Shown here: positions 54,163-64,000 of the stretch, piece by piece
Position numbering within the stretch: position 1 is the stretch's first letter
How the letters are laid out: each line of letters opens with the position of its first letter
Assembly (NCBI GenBank): GCA_965206645.1
Contig: CBDBKE010000003.1
Span: 160,001 to 224,000 of the forward strand
Origin: Terriglobia bacterium
GTDB taxonomy: Bacteria > Acidobacteriota > Terriglobia > JAJPHL01 > JAPKYU01
DNA length: 64,000 nucleotides
Direction: 5' to 3'
Made by a program: the position numbers and the translations under genes
The notes under the pieces: model-generated
Seen by the model: only the letters and a program-made list of their open reading frames with translations
The model's database searches: none
What the model was told of the DNA's origin: nothing

Positions 54163-54702
54163 CAGTTTCTCTCCTTTGGCAGGTAGACATTAGAGTGACT
54201 TCGGCTGCACCGCCGGGAGGACCGATCAGCCAGATGCCCTCTATCCGCTTGAACGGAATTAGCTACTGTTTCTTGCAGGATTCAATCGTTACCGCAGAGT
54301 GATGGTGGGTTTACTTCGGCTGACCCGGCTCGGCTCTTCATAGAACCCTTGAGGAGCCCCCTCAAGGGGGTTGCTGAAAAACGCACAGAACCACCGCTGG
54401 CCAACGGTCGGCGGCTCGGTAAGTTGTTCAAGCTACAGGGCCGCGGGCCTAAGCAAGCGGGCCAGGAGGGTCCTAAGCTACGGCTTTTCAGTAGATTAGG
54501 AACATGCTGCACCGCCGGCCTGCATTGCGGTTTTTCTCTTGGCGAAACCACCGTCTCCCTGGCATAATCGGGCTGCTGTTTAGGTTGTACTCATCTTGAA
54601 GTCGCACAGGGGTGAGGGGCTACAAGCAGCTTTGTGGCTCTTTTCTTTTTGGCGGTTGGGGATGGCCTGGCAGCGCAAAACTTTAGATCAGGAGTTGAAG
54701 TA

Positions 54703-54906
54703 GTGAAAGAGAAAGGTATCGTCAAGTGGTTTAACGCTTCGAAAGGCTACGGTTTTATCCAGCGTTCGTCAGGGGAGGACGTCTTCGTCCATTACACGGC
54801 CATTCAAAACGAAGGCTATCGGACCCTGGACGAAGGCGCTGAGGTGGAGTTCGAGGTGACCCGCGGCCCCAAGGGCTGGCAGGCTGTACAGGTGACCCAA
54901 CTTTAA
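54703..54906 (+). CDS. Cold-shock protein
   Basis: GIVKWFN, KGYGFI (RNP1), DVFVHY (RNP2); AGGAG RBS before GTG 54703. Confidence 0.95.
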   Translation: MKEKGIVKWFNASKGYGFIQRSSGEDVFVHYTAIQNEGYRTLDEGAEVEFEVTRGPKGWQAVQVTQL

Positions 54907-54938
54907 CCAATCGCCAACAAAACCCGGCTTGAGTCTGG

Positions 54939-54975
54939 TGCGGGCCCCGAGGCTTTCGGGGCCCGCAATTTTTTT
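54939..54975 (+). terminator. Intrinsic terminator after csp
   Basis: TGCGGGCCCCGA-GGCTT-TCGGGGCCCGCA then T7. Confidence 0.9.
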
Positions 54976-55192
54976 GGTGCCCGCCCGGGCGTACCGCCGA
55001 TCTCGCTCGCCGTGCAGCTTTCGTTCGCGGGTCCCTGTATAGGCAAAATCCAACCGTTCGTGTATAACAGCCCCATGACAAAGCCCCTGACAAAGAATGC
55101 CAAGCAAGCGCGGCGCTTCTCTGGAAGGCGCAAGGGCCAGGGTGGCTGGTGCCGCCGAAAGCCCCACCAAAAGCCAAAGAAGGGAGGCTGTT

Positions 55193-56653
55193 TTGCCTGC
55201 CAGTGAGGTTCGCGTTGAGACCGATACCATGGGTCCGGTGCGGGTGCCCGCCGAGGCACACTACGGCGCGCAAACCCAGCGCGCGGTGGAGAACTTCCCC
55301 ATCTCCGGTATCCGCTTTCCTCGCCGCTTCATCCGCGCCCTGGGACTGATCAAAGGCGCGGCCGCCCGGGTGAACAAAGATCTGGGCTTACTGGAGCCGC
55401 AGTACGCGGACGCTATCCTCCAGGCGGCGCAGGAGGTGACCGAGGGCAAGTGGGACGACGAGTTTGTCCTGGATATATTCCAGACAGGCTCAGGGACCTC
55501 GACCAATATGAATGCCAACGAGGTGATCTCCAGCCGGGCCAACGAGTTGCTAGGAGGCAAGAAAGGCGATCGCAAGCCAGTGCGGCCCAACGACGAGGTC
55601 AACAAGTGCCAGTCGTCGAACGACGTCATCCCTACGGCCATCCACCTGGCCGTGCTGGAGGCGCTCGAGCACGACCTGCGGCCGGCTCTGGAGGTGCTGG
55701 CCACTGGGTTGGAAGCAAAGGCAGCCGAGTTCAAGGACGTGCTTAAGACAGGCCGGACGCACCTACAGGACGCGGTGCCCATCACGTTGGGGCAGGAGTT
55801 TTCCGGCTACGCGTCGCAGGTGCGGCACGCCATGGCGCGAGTCCGAGCGGCGATGCGGCACCTGGAAGAAGTGCCCATCGGCGGCACGGCATTGGGCACC
55901 GGGCTGAATGCGCCGGTCGATTTCGGCAACCGGATGTGCGTGCTGCTGGCCACCACCACCGGCATCCCGCTGCGGGAAGCGGAGAACACGTTTGAAGCCA
56001 TGGGTTCCCGGGATGCGCTGGTAGAAACATCCGGCGCGCTGAAGGTGGTAGCGGTAAGCCTTATCAAGATCGCTTCTGACATCCGGCTGCTTTCCTGCGG
56101 GCCACGTACCGGCATTGCCGAGATCGCCATCCCCGAGCTGCAGCCGGGCAGCTCCATCATGCCGGGCAAGGTCAACCCAGTGATCCCGGAAATGCTGATC
56201 CAGGTAGGGGCGCAGGTGATCGGCAATGACGCGTCGGTGACTCTGGGCGGAGTTTTTGGCCAGTTGGACCTGAACGTGATGATGCCGCTGATGAGCCGCA
56301 ACCTGCTGGAATCGATCCTCTTGCTGAGCAATGGCGCGCGTGTCTTCAACGAGCGCTGCGTGTCAGCCGGTCCCGAGATGCGGGACAATCCGGACAACGT
56401 GAAGGGTATTGTGGCCAATCGCGAGCGCTGCCGCACCCTGGTGAAAAACAGCCTGATGCCGGTGACCGCGCTGGTGCCGCGGCTCGGCCACGAGGAAGCC
56501 GCCAACATCGCGCAAGAAGCGCACAAAACCGGCAAGACCGTGCGCGAAGTTGTCCTGGAGAAAAAGCTCATCCCGGAGCAGGAACTGGACGCCCTGCTGG
56601 ATCTGACCGCTATGACCCAATCGGGCATCCGCAAAGGCGCCGGCGGCGGCTGA
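55193..56653 (+). CDS. fumC: Fumarate hydratase class II
   Basis: YGAQTQR, QTGSGTSTNMN, GRTHLQDA, GSSIMPGKVNP; GGAGG before TTG 55193. Confidence 0.9.
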   Translation: MPASEVRVETDTMGPVRVPAEAHYGAQTQRAVENFPISGIRFPRRFIRALGLIKGAAARVNKDLGLLEPQYADAILQAAQEVTEGKWDDEFVLDIFQTGSGTSTNMNANEVISSRANELLGGKKGDRKPVRPNDEVNKCQSSNDVIPTAIHLAVLEALEHDLRPALEVLATGLEAKAAEFKDVLKTGRTHLQDAVPITLGQEFSGYASQVRHAMARVRAAMRHLEEVPIGGTALGTGLNAPVDFGNRMCVLLATTTGIPLREAENTFEAMGSRDALVETSGALKVVAVSLIKIASDIRLLSCGPRTGIAEIAIPELQPGSSIMPGKVNPVIPEMLIQVGAQVIGNDASVTLGGVFGQLDLNVMMPLMSRNLLESILLLSNGARVFNERCVSAGPEMRDNPDNVKGIVANRERCRTLVKNSLMPVTALVPRLGHEEAANIAQEAHKTGKTVREVVLEKKLIPEQELDALLDLTAMTQSGIRKGAGGG

Positions 56654-56660
56654 CCTTCCC

Positions 56661-58186
56661 ATGCTGGTCAAGACGCGCAGCGCTGCGGTCTTCGGCATTG
56701 ACGCCTACCTGGTGGACGTGGAAGTGGACCTGTCCAACCGGGGCATGCACGATTTCCTGGTGGTAGGCCTGCCGGACGCAGCGATCAAGGAAAGCCACCA
56801 TCGCGTCCGTGGTGCGCTGAAAAACTGCGGTTACTACTTCGGCCAGAGCGTCACCGTCAACCTCGCCCCAGCCGACAAGAGGAAGGAAGGCTCCGGCTTT
56901 GATCTTCCCATGGCCATGGGAATTCTCGGGGCTTTAGAGGTGGTTTCCTCTGAGCGGCTGGCCGAGTTCCTGTTCCTCGGCGAGCTATCGCTGGACGGCT
57001 CGGTGCGCCCTATCCGCGGCACGCTGCCGGTGGCCGTGCTGGCTCGGGCATCCGGCACCTCGTGGTTCCATCTGCCAACGCGCGCGAGGCGGCGGTCGTC
57101 GAGAGGGTCTGTGTCTTTGCGGTGAACTCGCTGGGCGAGGCGCTGGCCCTGGTGAACGATGCGTCCGGTTTCACCGCGACCCAGGTGGACCGCCAGCAGG
57201 CCTTGGAGCAAAGCAGCGTTTATAACGTGGACTTCAGCGAAGTGCGCGGGCAGAAGGCTACCAAACGCGCTCTGGAAGTGGCCGCCGCCGGCGCCCACAA
57301 CATCCTGATGATTGGGCCGCCGGGTTCGGGCAAGACGATGCTGGCCCGGCGCCTGCCCACCGTCCTGCCCGGGCTGAGCTTTGACGAGGCCATCCAGACT
57401 ACCAAGATTCACAGCGTGGCTGGAGTGCTAGACCCGGCACAGGGCCTGCTGTGCACGCGACCCTTCCGCTCACCGCACCACACCATCTCGGACGCCGGCC
57501 TGGTAGGCGGCGGGACCATTCCTCATCCTGGCGAGGTGAGCCTGGCGCACAACGGGGTGCTGTTTCTGGACGAGTTGCCGGAATTCCGGCGCAATGCGCT
57601 GGAGGTGATGCGCCAGCCTTTGGAGGATGGCGCGGTGACCATCGCCCGGGCCACCATGACCGTGACCTTCCCCTCCTCCTTCATGCTCGCCGCCGCCATG
57701 AACCCTTGCCCCTGTGGTTTCTTCAACGATTCTACCCGCGAGTGCCACTGCACTCCGGGCGTGATCCAGCGTTACGTTTCAAAGATTTCCGGCCCGCTGC
57801 TGGACCGCATTGACATCCACACTGACGTCCCGGCAGTGAAGTACCGCGAGTTGCGCTCTGAGCAGAGCGCGGAAGACTCGGCGGCGATTCGCGCCCGGGT
57901 GGAACGCGCCCGCGCCGCGCAACTGGAGCGCTTCCGCAACGACGGCATCTACGCCAATGCCCAGATGAGCGCCCGGCTCATGCGCTGCCATTGCCCGATT
58001 GACGAGGCTTCCGAGAAGCTGCTGGAGACGGCCATTAGCCGCATGGGGCTTTCCGCCCGCGCCCATGACCGCATCCTGAAGGTGGCCCGCACCATTGCCG
58101 ACCTGGAAGGCTCTTCCGCGATCCAGTCCCGCCACATCGGTGAAGCCGTTCAATACCGCTCGCTCGACCGCACCTATTGGGCCTAG
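56661..58186 (+). pseudogene. comM: YifB/ComM Mg-chelatase-like AAA ATPase, frameshifted near 57048
   Basis: VGLPD, NLAPAD..KEGSGFDLP, GELSLDG in frame 1; GIRHLVVP..., [25 protein letters not shown] in frame 2. Confidence 0.88.
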
Positions 58187-58206
58187 TTTGGAACGGCCCT
58201 CCCGAA

Positions 58207-58851
58207 TTAGTTCTGGTCGTCCTGGAATTTGATATGCTAGTGCGTGCCGTCACAGAAAGGTTTGTTCTTGGATCCTCCGCATCGGCAGAGGGGGTACTGC
58301 TCCTCCGAGGCTCCCTCACCACGGATCACACCTGCGAGTTCAGGTCCGCCGGTGACAACGTAGGGGCCGTTCTTGGCGACGGTGATTGCTGGCTCACGGG
58401 CCTGGTCCCGGTGTTCGACTCCTTCAAGGGAGTAACTAAGAGCCCCTGACGGACATTTCTTTATCGTCTTGACGATCTCTTCCGAAGTCGCGCCATCCGC
58501 GTCAATCCACGGTTCTTTTCCGTACAGGAAAACTTTTGGCAACCCCTCCGTGCAGAGCCCGGCATGCGAGCAAATTCCCCGGTTGTCGTGGATGGTGATT
58601 TCGGCTCCGACGTAGTTGTCTCGCTTGTCTTCAGCCGTGCCTTCGAGCTTGCCGTCGGAAAAGCCGATCTTGGCATGGGTCCCGTCGCAGAACGGTTTTT
58701 TCGCCGAACCTCCACAGCGGCAGAGCGCGAATACTGGCTTGGTTTGGATCTGCTCGCCGCTAGAGTTGCGAAGCTTCTCAAGGCTGTTCACGACGTAGGG
58801 TCCGTTTGGAGCGGTCGTGATTTTAGATTTCGTTTGTTCACCCGAATCCAT
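58207..58851 (-). CDS. CDGSH iron-sulfur protein (two CDGSH domains flanking a divergent 4Fe-4S domain); TAG at 58237-58239 trims 9-10 C-terminal residues
   Basis: LCRCGGS..KPFCDGTH twice; CSHAGLC...CPSGAL; frame continues *HIKFQDDQN*. Confidence 0.85.
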
Positions 58852-58982
58852 AGCGCTTCTCCTTAGTCTGTCAACCTAAGTCTGTCAACCTAGACGAGCG
58901 GCTGCAGGCGCTAGACAGAGCCCACTATTATCCAATGACAGAGGTTGGAAAGACACCCCGGGATCCAAAATGAGTCCGACTC

Positions 58983-60023
58983 TCAGAACGCGATGCCAAG
59001 CCCGGCGACCAAGCCGTAATCGTTGCGCCGCACCTGGAGCGGCGGCTGGCTGTCGTAGTGGTTGAACAGGCTGAGGTTCCAGCTCAGGCGGCTCACCAGA
59101 GGAATGCGCACTCCGCTGTCCAGTGTGACCCGGTAGCGGCCGGACTGGACGAAATTGGGCAACACCGAGAGCTTGGTGTCGAGCTTGAGCCCGCTCGCGA
59201 TCGTGGTCTCCCAGTCGAGAGCGGCCAGGCCTTCGCCGCTGGGATTGCGGGGAATCGGATCACCCGGCTGCAGGCGAAACTGCTCGTTGACGAAGGTTAA
59301 TCCCCCGAGAAGCGACAGGGTCGTTCGGCCCGAGCGGATGATTTTCCATCCCAATCCCCCGCCGAGATTGCTCCGCAGGTTCAGGCGCCTGCGGTCATCG
59401 CGCTCGAAACGCGAGAGGCCGAAGGCGAATGTATCGTCGCTGAGAAACCGGTCGTAGCGAAGGCTGGCCTGCTGGCGGCTGTTGGTGGGAGCGCCCGACT
59501 GGCTACTGAAGAGAGAGGAGGCGTTGGCCTGCACTTCATATTTTGGCTTACGGTACCGGGTGCTGATCCTGAGCGAGGACTGGCTGTTATTGGAATTCCC
59601 TCGCGCGATGCTGTAGCCGAGGTCGACGGTGCCCTGGACCTGGTCCCAGAAGGTTTCCGGACGCGCCTCTTTAGCCGGCTTCATGCCGACAATCGCCTGC
59701 CGCGCCACCGTGACGGCTTTCTCTGCAGAAACGATCCGCAGCCCCTGGTCGGATTCCTCAATGCGCCCGCGCACCCGCACCCCGCTGTCCAGCTCCACTT
59801 CCACAGGCTGGTCGGTCGAAATGTGCTCGATCATTCTCCAATCAATCTTCACAACGCCGGCATAGCTGGTTTCCAGTGAGAGGCTGCGCTGTTCCAGCTT
59901 TTGAATCTGCCCGCTGAGACGGTCTGCATTTTTCAGCTTGACCGAGTCCGCCCGGCACGCCACGCCGACTGCCAGGATCAGGCCGAAAACGAAAACAGCC
60001 ATGCGGCTCTTGTGGAGGTTCAT
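58983..60023 (-). CDS. DUF481-like outer-membrane beta-barrel protein
   Basis: Signal peptide, LKNADRLSG N-domain, alternating beta strands, terminal Phe. Confidence 0.8.
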   Translation of the reverse strand: MNLHKSRMAVFVFGLILAVGVACRADSVKLKNADRLSGQIQKLEQRSLSLETSYAGVVKIDWRMIEHISTDQPVEVELDSGVRVRGRIEESDQGLRIVSAEKAVTVARQAIVGMKPAKEARPETFWDQVQGTVDLGYSIARGNSNNSQSSLRISTRYRKPKYEVQANASSLFSSQSGAPTNSRQQASLRYDRFLSDDTFAFGLSRFERDDRRRLNLRSNLGGGLGWKIIRSGRTTLSLLGGLTFVNEQFRLQPGDPIPRNPSGEGLAALDWETTIASGLKLDTKLSVLPNFVQSGRYRVTLDSGVRIPLVSRLSWNLSLFNHYDSQPPLQVRRNDYGLVAGLGIAF

Positions 60024-60667
60024 GAGGAATCAGTCATTTCCTTTCTTGACTCAGAGGAGTGATAGGCGATGAGTGTCTCCGGAAAGAAGGTCACCCGGCA
60101 GCCAATGACGCGGCCCTTGGGAAACAGCCGGCGCAGATCGCGCTGACTGAGTGACCGCAAGCTCGGATACGGCTCTTTCCCCAGCGTCCGAACGAGAGGC
60201 CGCTGCCAAGGTTCAGGCGCAAACTGGATGAAGGGCAAGTGGTAATGAGGCTCGATCGGATACCAGAAGTTGGGAGTGGTCACGAACCAGCTTCGTCCCA
60301 CCCGAGACACTTCGCTGGCAAAGCGCTGCTGCTCTTCCCACGTCGGCAAATGTTCCAACACGGCGTTGCAATAGACGATGTCAAACGACTGATCGGCAAA
60401 GGGCAGCGCGCACCCATCTAATGCCACCGCCTTTACAGTGGGAAAACTCCCGGCATAATCCTGAATGTCGGCGAGAGAGAGGCTTCCGCCGATGACACGC
60501 TCGCAATGGGGATAGAAAGTTTCAAGCTGATCGGGCAAGCCAATCTGACTTCCAGTGGCACCAATGTTGAGGACCCGGCTTTCCGGTGTGGGGCGCAGCA
60601 ACTGCCGGAATAGCTGATACTTTTTCTCGCGCGATTTGCGGTGAAGACGGGTGAAGAGTCGATTCAT
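60020..60667 (-). CDS. Class I SAM-dependent methyltransferase
   Basis: VLNIGA, DGCALPFADQSFDIVYCNAVLEH, TPN..YPIEPH. Confidence 0.85.
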   Translation of the reverse strand: MNRLFTRLHRKSREKKYQLFRQLLRPTPESRVLNIGATGSQIGLPDQLETFYPHCERVIGGSLSLADIQDYAGSFPTVKAVALDGCALPFADQSFDIVYCNAVLEHLPTWEEQQRFASEVSRVGRSWFVTTPNFWYPIEPHYHLPFIQFAPEPWQRPLVRTLGKEPYPSLRSLSQRDLRRLFPKGRVIGCRVTFFPETLIAYHSSESRKEMTDSS

Positions 60668-60744
60668 GTTAGACCGCCAAGGAACGCGAAAGAGGCGCCT
60701 TCCACCCCTACTCTATATGTATGCCATGCGTCGCCAGTCGAAAG

Positions 60745-60833
60745 CTAGGAGGCTGCTCAAAAACTCCTCCACAGGCTGAAGCCTGTGGAAGCCTTCTTGG
60801 GTCCCTGAAAACGGTTTTTCAGCAGCCTGCTAG
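60745..60833. mobile_element. MITE-like element (89 bp) with internal REP-like palindrome
   Basis: CTAG(G/C)AGGCTGCT(C/G)AAAAAC inverted ends (18/20); internal CCACAGGCTGAAGCCTGTGG. Confidence 0.7.
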
Positions 60834-60956
60834 GATCTGCTGCCGACCACTACCGTCGGCGGCCTCAGATGCCATTCTTGGGCTGGGGCGTTGCCGACTG
60901 CTGCCTTCAGGAACGCCAGCAACGGTGTTCAAACGGTATATAATCCGAACAAGGCA

Positions 60957-62306
60957 ATGGGACGGGACCGACTGGCCGCGCGGAGGGTTTTCCTACTGTC
61001 CACCCTGCTGGTAGCGGTCGCATTTGGGGTAGCGGCTGCGGCGACGACGGAGACGCTGGCGCCTGTTGTTCAGGTCGCCGTGAACTATGCGCCCGGCAAG
61101 AGCACGATGATCAGCGGCTTTCTGGTCGGTGGCGGCCGCTTCGTCCTTACCCAAGCGAGCATCCTGCATGGGGCCTACGACACCGCCGTGGCCTTCACGA
61201 ATACGGACGTCTTGGACCCGGTTCTGGAGCGCTTCGACGGCCGGTTGAATATCGCCGTGCTCCGGCTACCCAGGCCGGTGAGAGCCGAGTTCGCAGCAGT
61301 GGCCGAGCTACCGTCCGGCGGACTCCGGGCTACCATCGTTGGTGCGCCGACCGCCTTTGAGACCGGCAAGCTCTCAGTGTTTCTGAAGCCGTTGGCCGGC
61401 GGCCGGCGCTGGGAGATCGTGCCAGCCATTCCGCTCGCCTTCCGGGGCGCACCCATTCTGGATTCCGCAGGCAGGCTGTTGGGCATCGCCGTTGAGGAAC
61501 CCGAGGGCACTTCTGTGGTGGAAATTCCGGTAGCGGAACTTAGGGACTTGGTTCCTGATTTGGCGGTGTGGCGGTCGAGTGCGCCGGTGGCGGCGCCGGC
61601 GCAGCCACCGGCTCGGGCTTCGCAATCCGCGGCAGTGCCGCCAGCCTCGGCGAGTAGCGCGGCAAGGCCGGCCGCGGAGCCAAAGGTGGAAGGAGAGCCC
61701 GCGCCGCCTAAAACAGCCCTGGAACCAATCGAGGGGCCACCGGCCGGGGTTTCCGCTCCGGTTCCGGCAGCAAAGGTCGAAGTGCAGCCTCCTCCCTAAC
61801 CTGCACCCACTGTGGTCGGCAGGCTACTTGCCGAGGAGGTGGAAGCCGAGGACGGGAAGGCCCGCAAGTCAGCAGCCGGGTTGGAGACGGCAACGCCCGG
61901 GCGCTCGTCAGCAAAGCAAGCCTCCTCTCCCCTGCCCACCGCCGCCGACCCGGGTGGCTGGGAAGTCCGCATCCGCCAGGATCCTGATGACCTCCAGGAG
62001 CGCCTCCGCTACGCGGATGCGCTCCTGGGTGCCGGAGATTATCGACAGCCGGTGGCGGTTCTGGAGAAAGCACAGCAACGGTTTCCCTTGGTGCCGCGTG
62101 TGTACTGGTACCTGGCTCACGCCTACTGGCACCAGTCCTTACACAAGCCAGACGGCGGCCGCCGGCGCTCCATGGAAAAGAAGGCATACCGCAAGAGTTT
62201 GGCCGCGTTTGAAACTTTCCTGGCGCTGGCTCCGGACGATCCCCGCGCTCCGGAAGCTCGCTACCGCCTGAACCTGCTCAAGCAGGCGCAGTACGGGCGG
62301 CGGTAG
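60957..62306 (+). pseudogene. Secreted trypsin-like (catalytically degenerate) domain + Pro-rich linker + TPR, with in-frame TAA at 61797-61799
   Basis: SGFLV...VLTQASI, NIAVLRL, FRGAPILDSAGRLLGI; ORF 61812..62306 is in the same frame. Confidence 0.7.
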
Positions 62307-62458
62307 CGCTGCCCGTCTAGACATATTAAGTGGTCAGGCCGACTAACTCAGAGGAGGATTTCCGATTGTGCCTCTCCTCCTACCACCAGGATACCCCTCC
62401 TGCTTTCAGGTATGACGATTCTGGTTTTCGTTTCTCATCTTGCACTCTGAACCGATCC

Positions 62459-63952
62459 TCAGTTGCGGAGGACCACCTGAAGAGATTGGCGCCAGGTGTG
62501 GTTGAGGCCGATGCGCCGCACCGGAATTTCCGGCGACAGGTAGCGCAGCAGCAAGTCGGTCAGGGAGTGAAATTCAAACACCGGCGCCACCAACCACAAC
62601 AGGGGTGGCTCGGCGCGCAATTCGACGCCAGAGAAATAGCCCAGGCTGCGAAACTCGCCGCGTTCCTGGTGCCACTTGACACGCATCCAATAATCGAGAG
62701 CCTGAAGGGGCAGGTTGGGGTCGGCGGAGGCTTTCAGCTCAATCACCACCAAGCGGCCCGTCCGTGTGAGGGCCAGCAGGTCAATGATGCCACGCTGCCG
62801 CCCCGCCACCGCCGGCACCTGGGAGTATACGAAGCGCGGGTCGAGATCGCTCGAAAGCACGCCGATGTCGCGGACTAGCAGCGATTCCAACCACCGCTCC
62901 GCCTGCGCCGTGTAAAAAGGATGGCGGCGGTTGGCGGAATCGGCCACGCGAATCCGCCCGATGTCCTGGGCCAAGCGCTCGGCCTGGGGCAACGATTCCG
63001 AAACAAGTGGCTGCCAGTGACTACCGCGGCCGAACATCGCGCCATCGGGTCCGGCGCGGGCAAATTCCAGGCCGTTGATACGGCAGGTGAGGCCGGCGCC
63101 GGGCCGCACCGCCATCTCCACTCCCGATCTTCCGCCCAGTCGCCGCAAGAGTCCCAGCGCTTCCGCGGGTGCCGTTGCCGCGGGGCAGGGCATGGGCAGT
63201 TCGGTACGCAGATTGGCGTACTCACCCTCTTCGGCGCGACGGACGGTATCTTCGGGCGAGAAAGCGAACAGCTCGAATCCAGCTAATTCTTGGTTGAGAT
63301 AGCGCCAGCGGAGCGCTGTCCTCTCGACAAAGCGCTCTGGCAGGAAAAGCTTTAATCCGGCCACCAAGCGCTTTGACCGCGCCGCGCTGTGCCGCAGAGA
63401 GTCCAGCCAGGCCAGCCCTTGGGTGAGCGCGGAGGCTGCCGTGGCTTCGCCCTCCTCCTCCGCGCAGCCGACCACCGCCCAGTCGCTTTTGCCGCGCGAG
63501 AGGACGGCTCGTGCCGTCTGCGAAGAAAGGGAGCGCTCCAGGTCTCGCTCCGCGGTCAGTTATTTCAGCTTCCAGCCGGGGAAGGTGTGCGCCAGCAGCT
63601 TGCGCAAGCGCGCGGCGAAGCGGCTGCGCACCGCCTCCCGCTCGAGTTCCGTCACGCCCTTGGCGGAGGCCAGCAGTCGCACCAGTCCCCGCCCGGCGCC
63701 GAAGCGCTGGTAGGCCAACACCAGTTCCCCAGGTTTTTGACGCCGGACCTCCAGGATGCGGCGAACGATGCTGCGCGACTCATCCCAAACCTCGAGCAAC
63801 ACTTTGCCGTGCTGCGCCTCCACACTGAAGCGGCCCGGCTCCAGTGGCATTGTCTCGCCGCCCACTTCCTTCAGCACTGGACGCTGATTCTTGCACCCGG
63901 TGACAAAGGAGAGGATGCGATCGCGGAGTTCTTCGGAGGAGACGGCGGACAT
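62459..63952 (-). pseudogene. Conserved hypothetical protein with C-terminal PD-(D/E)XK (NucS-like) domain, in-frame TAA at 63560-63562
   Basis: FPGWKLK*LTAERDLERSLS reads through into ORF 62459..63475; ERWLES, IIDLLA...LVVIELK, QALDYW. Confidence 0.72.
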
Positions 63953-64000
63953 GAGTTTGAGGCTGAGAGGAGAATTATGAGTTCATGACGGATGACTCTT

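Noticed and set aside
56661-58186. Mobile element integrated in comM
   Set aside because: The two halves abut with a small deletion or frameshift; no inserted DNA or integrase
62307-62458. Small RNA with GGA motifs between convergent genes
   Set aside because: Few GGA motifs, no repeated hairpins, no clear promoter or terminator

Overview
GC-rich bacterial chromosome segment. Gene content and style (CRTAC1/ASPIC-UnbV protein, eukaryote-like kinase with beta-propeller, short PilZ-like domain, REP-like repeats) suggest Acidobacteriota; this is an inference. Housekeeping genes (pyk, thiI, pccB-like, glnA, pyrF, gltX, rlmB, mtnA, uvrA, thiolase/CoA-transferase, fumC, comM) are mixed with accessory DNA. 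Highlights: (1) two ~3.3-kb IS1-family-type elements with different terminal inverted repeats stacked in tandem at one site and delimited by three copies of the 8-bp sequence GCCCGTCG; they lie just upstream of the promoter of a minimal bacterial microcompartment operon (class II aldolase, 1 BMC-H, 3 BMC-P, HAD phosphatase) and separate it from an unusual PilZ-like/2-hydroxyacid dehydrogenase fusion gene; (2) a peroxiredoxin-like ORF with an in-frame TGA at the catalytic Cys position and a SECIS-like hairpin (candidate selenoprotein, missed by the ORF track); (3) a SAM-I riboswitch controlling a threonine-synthase-like enzyme, a MoaD-like sulfur carrier and a small Zn-finger protein; (4) an intact IS3 inserted in a REP-like hairpin; (5) many in-frame stops and frameshifts in otherwise conserved genes (assembly error, DNA damage or decay). 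No rRNA, tRNA or CRISPR array was seen. All family assignments come from motif recognition by eye, not database searches.
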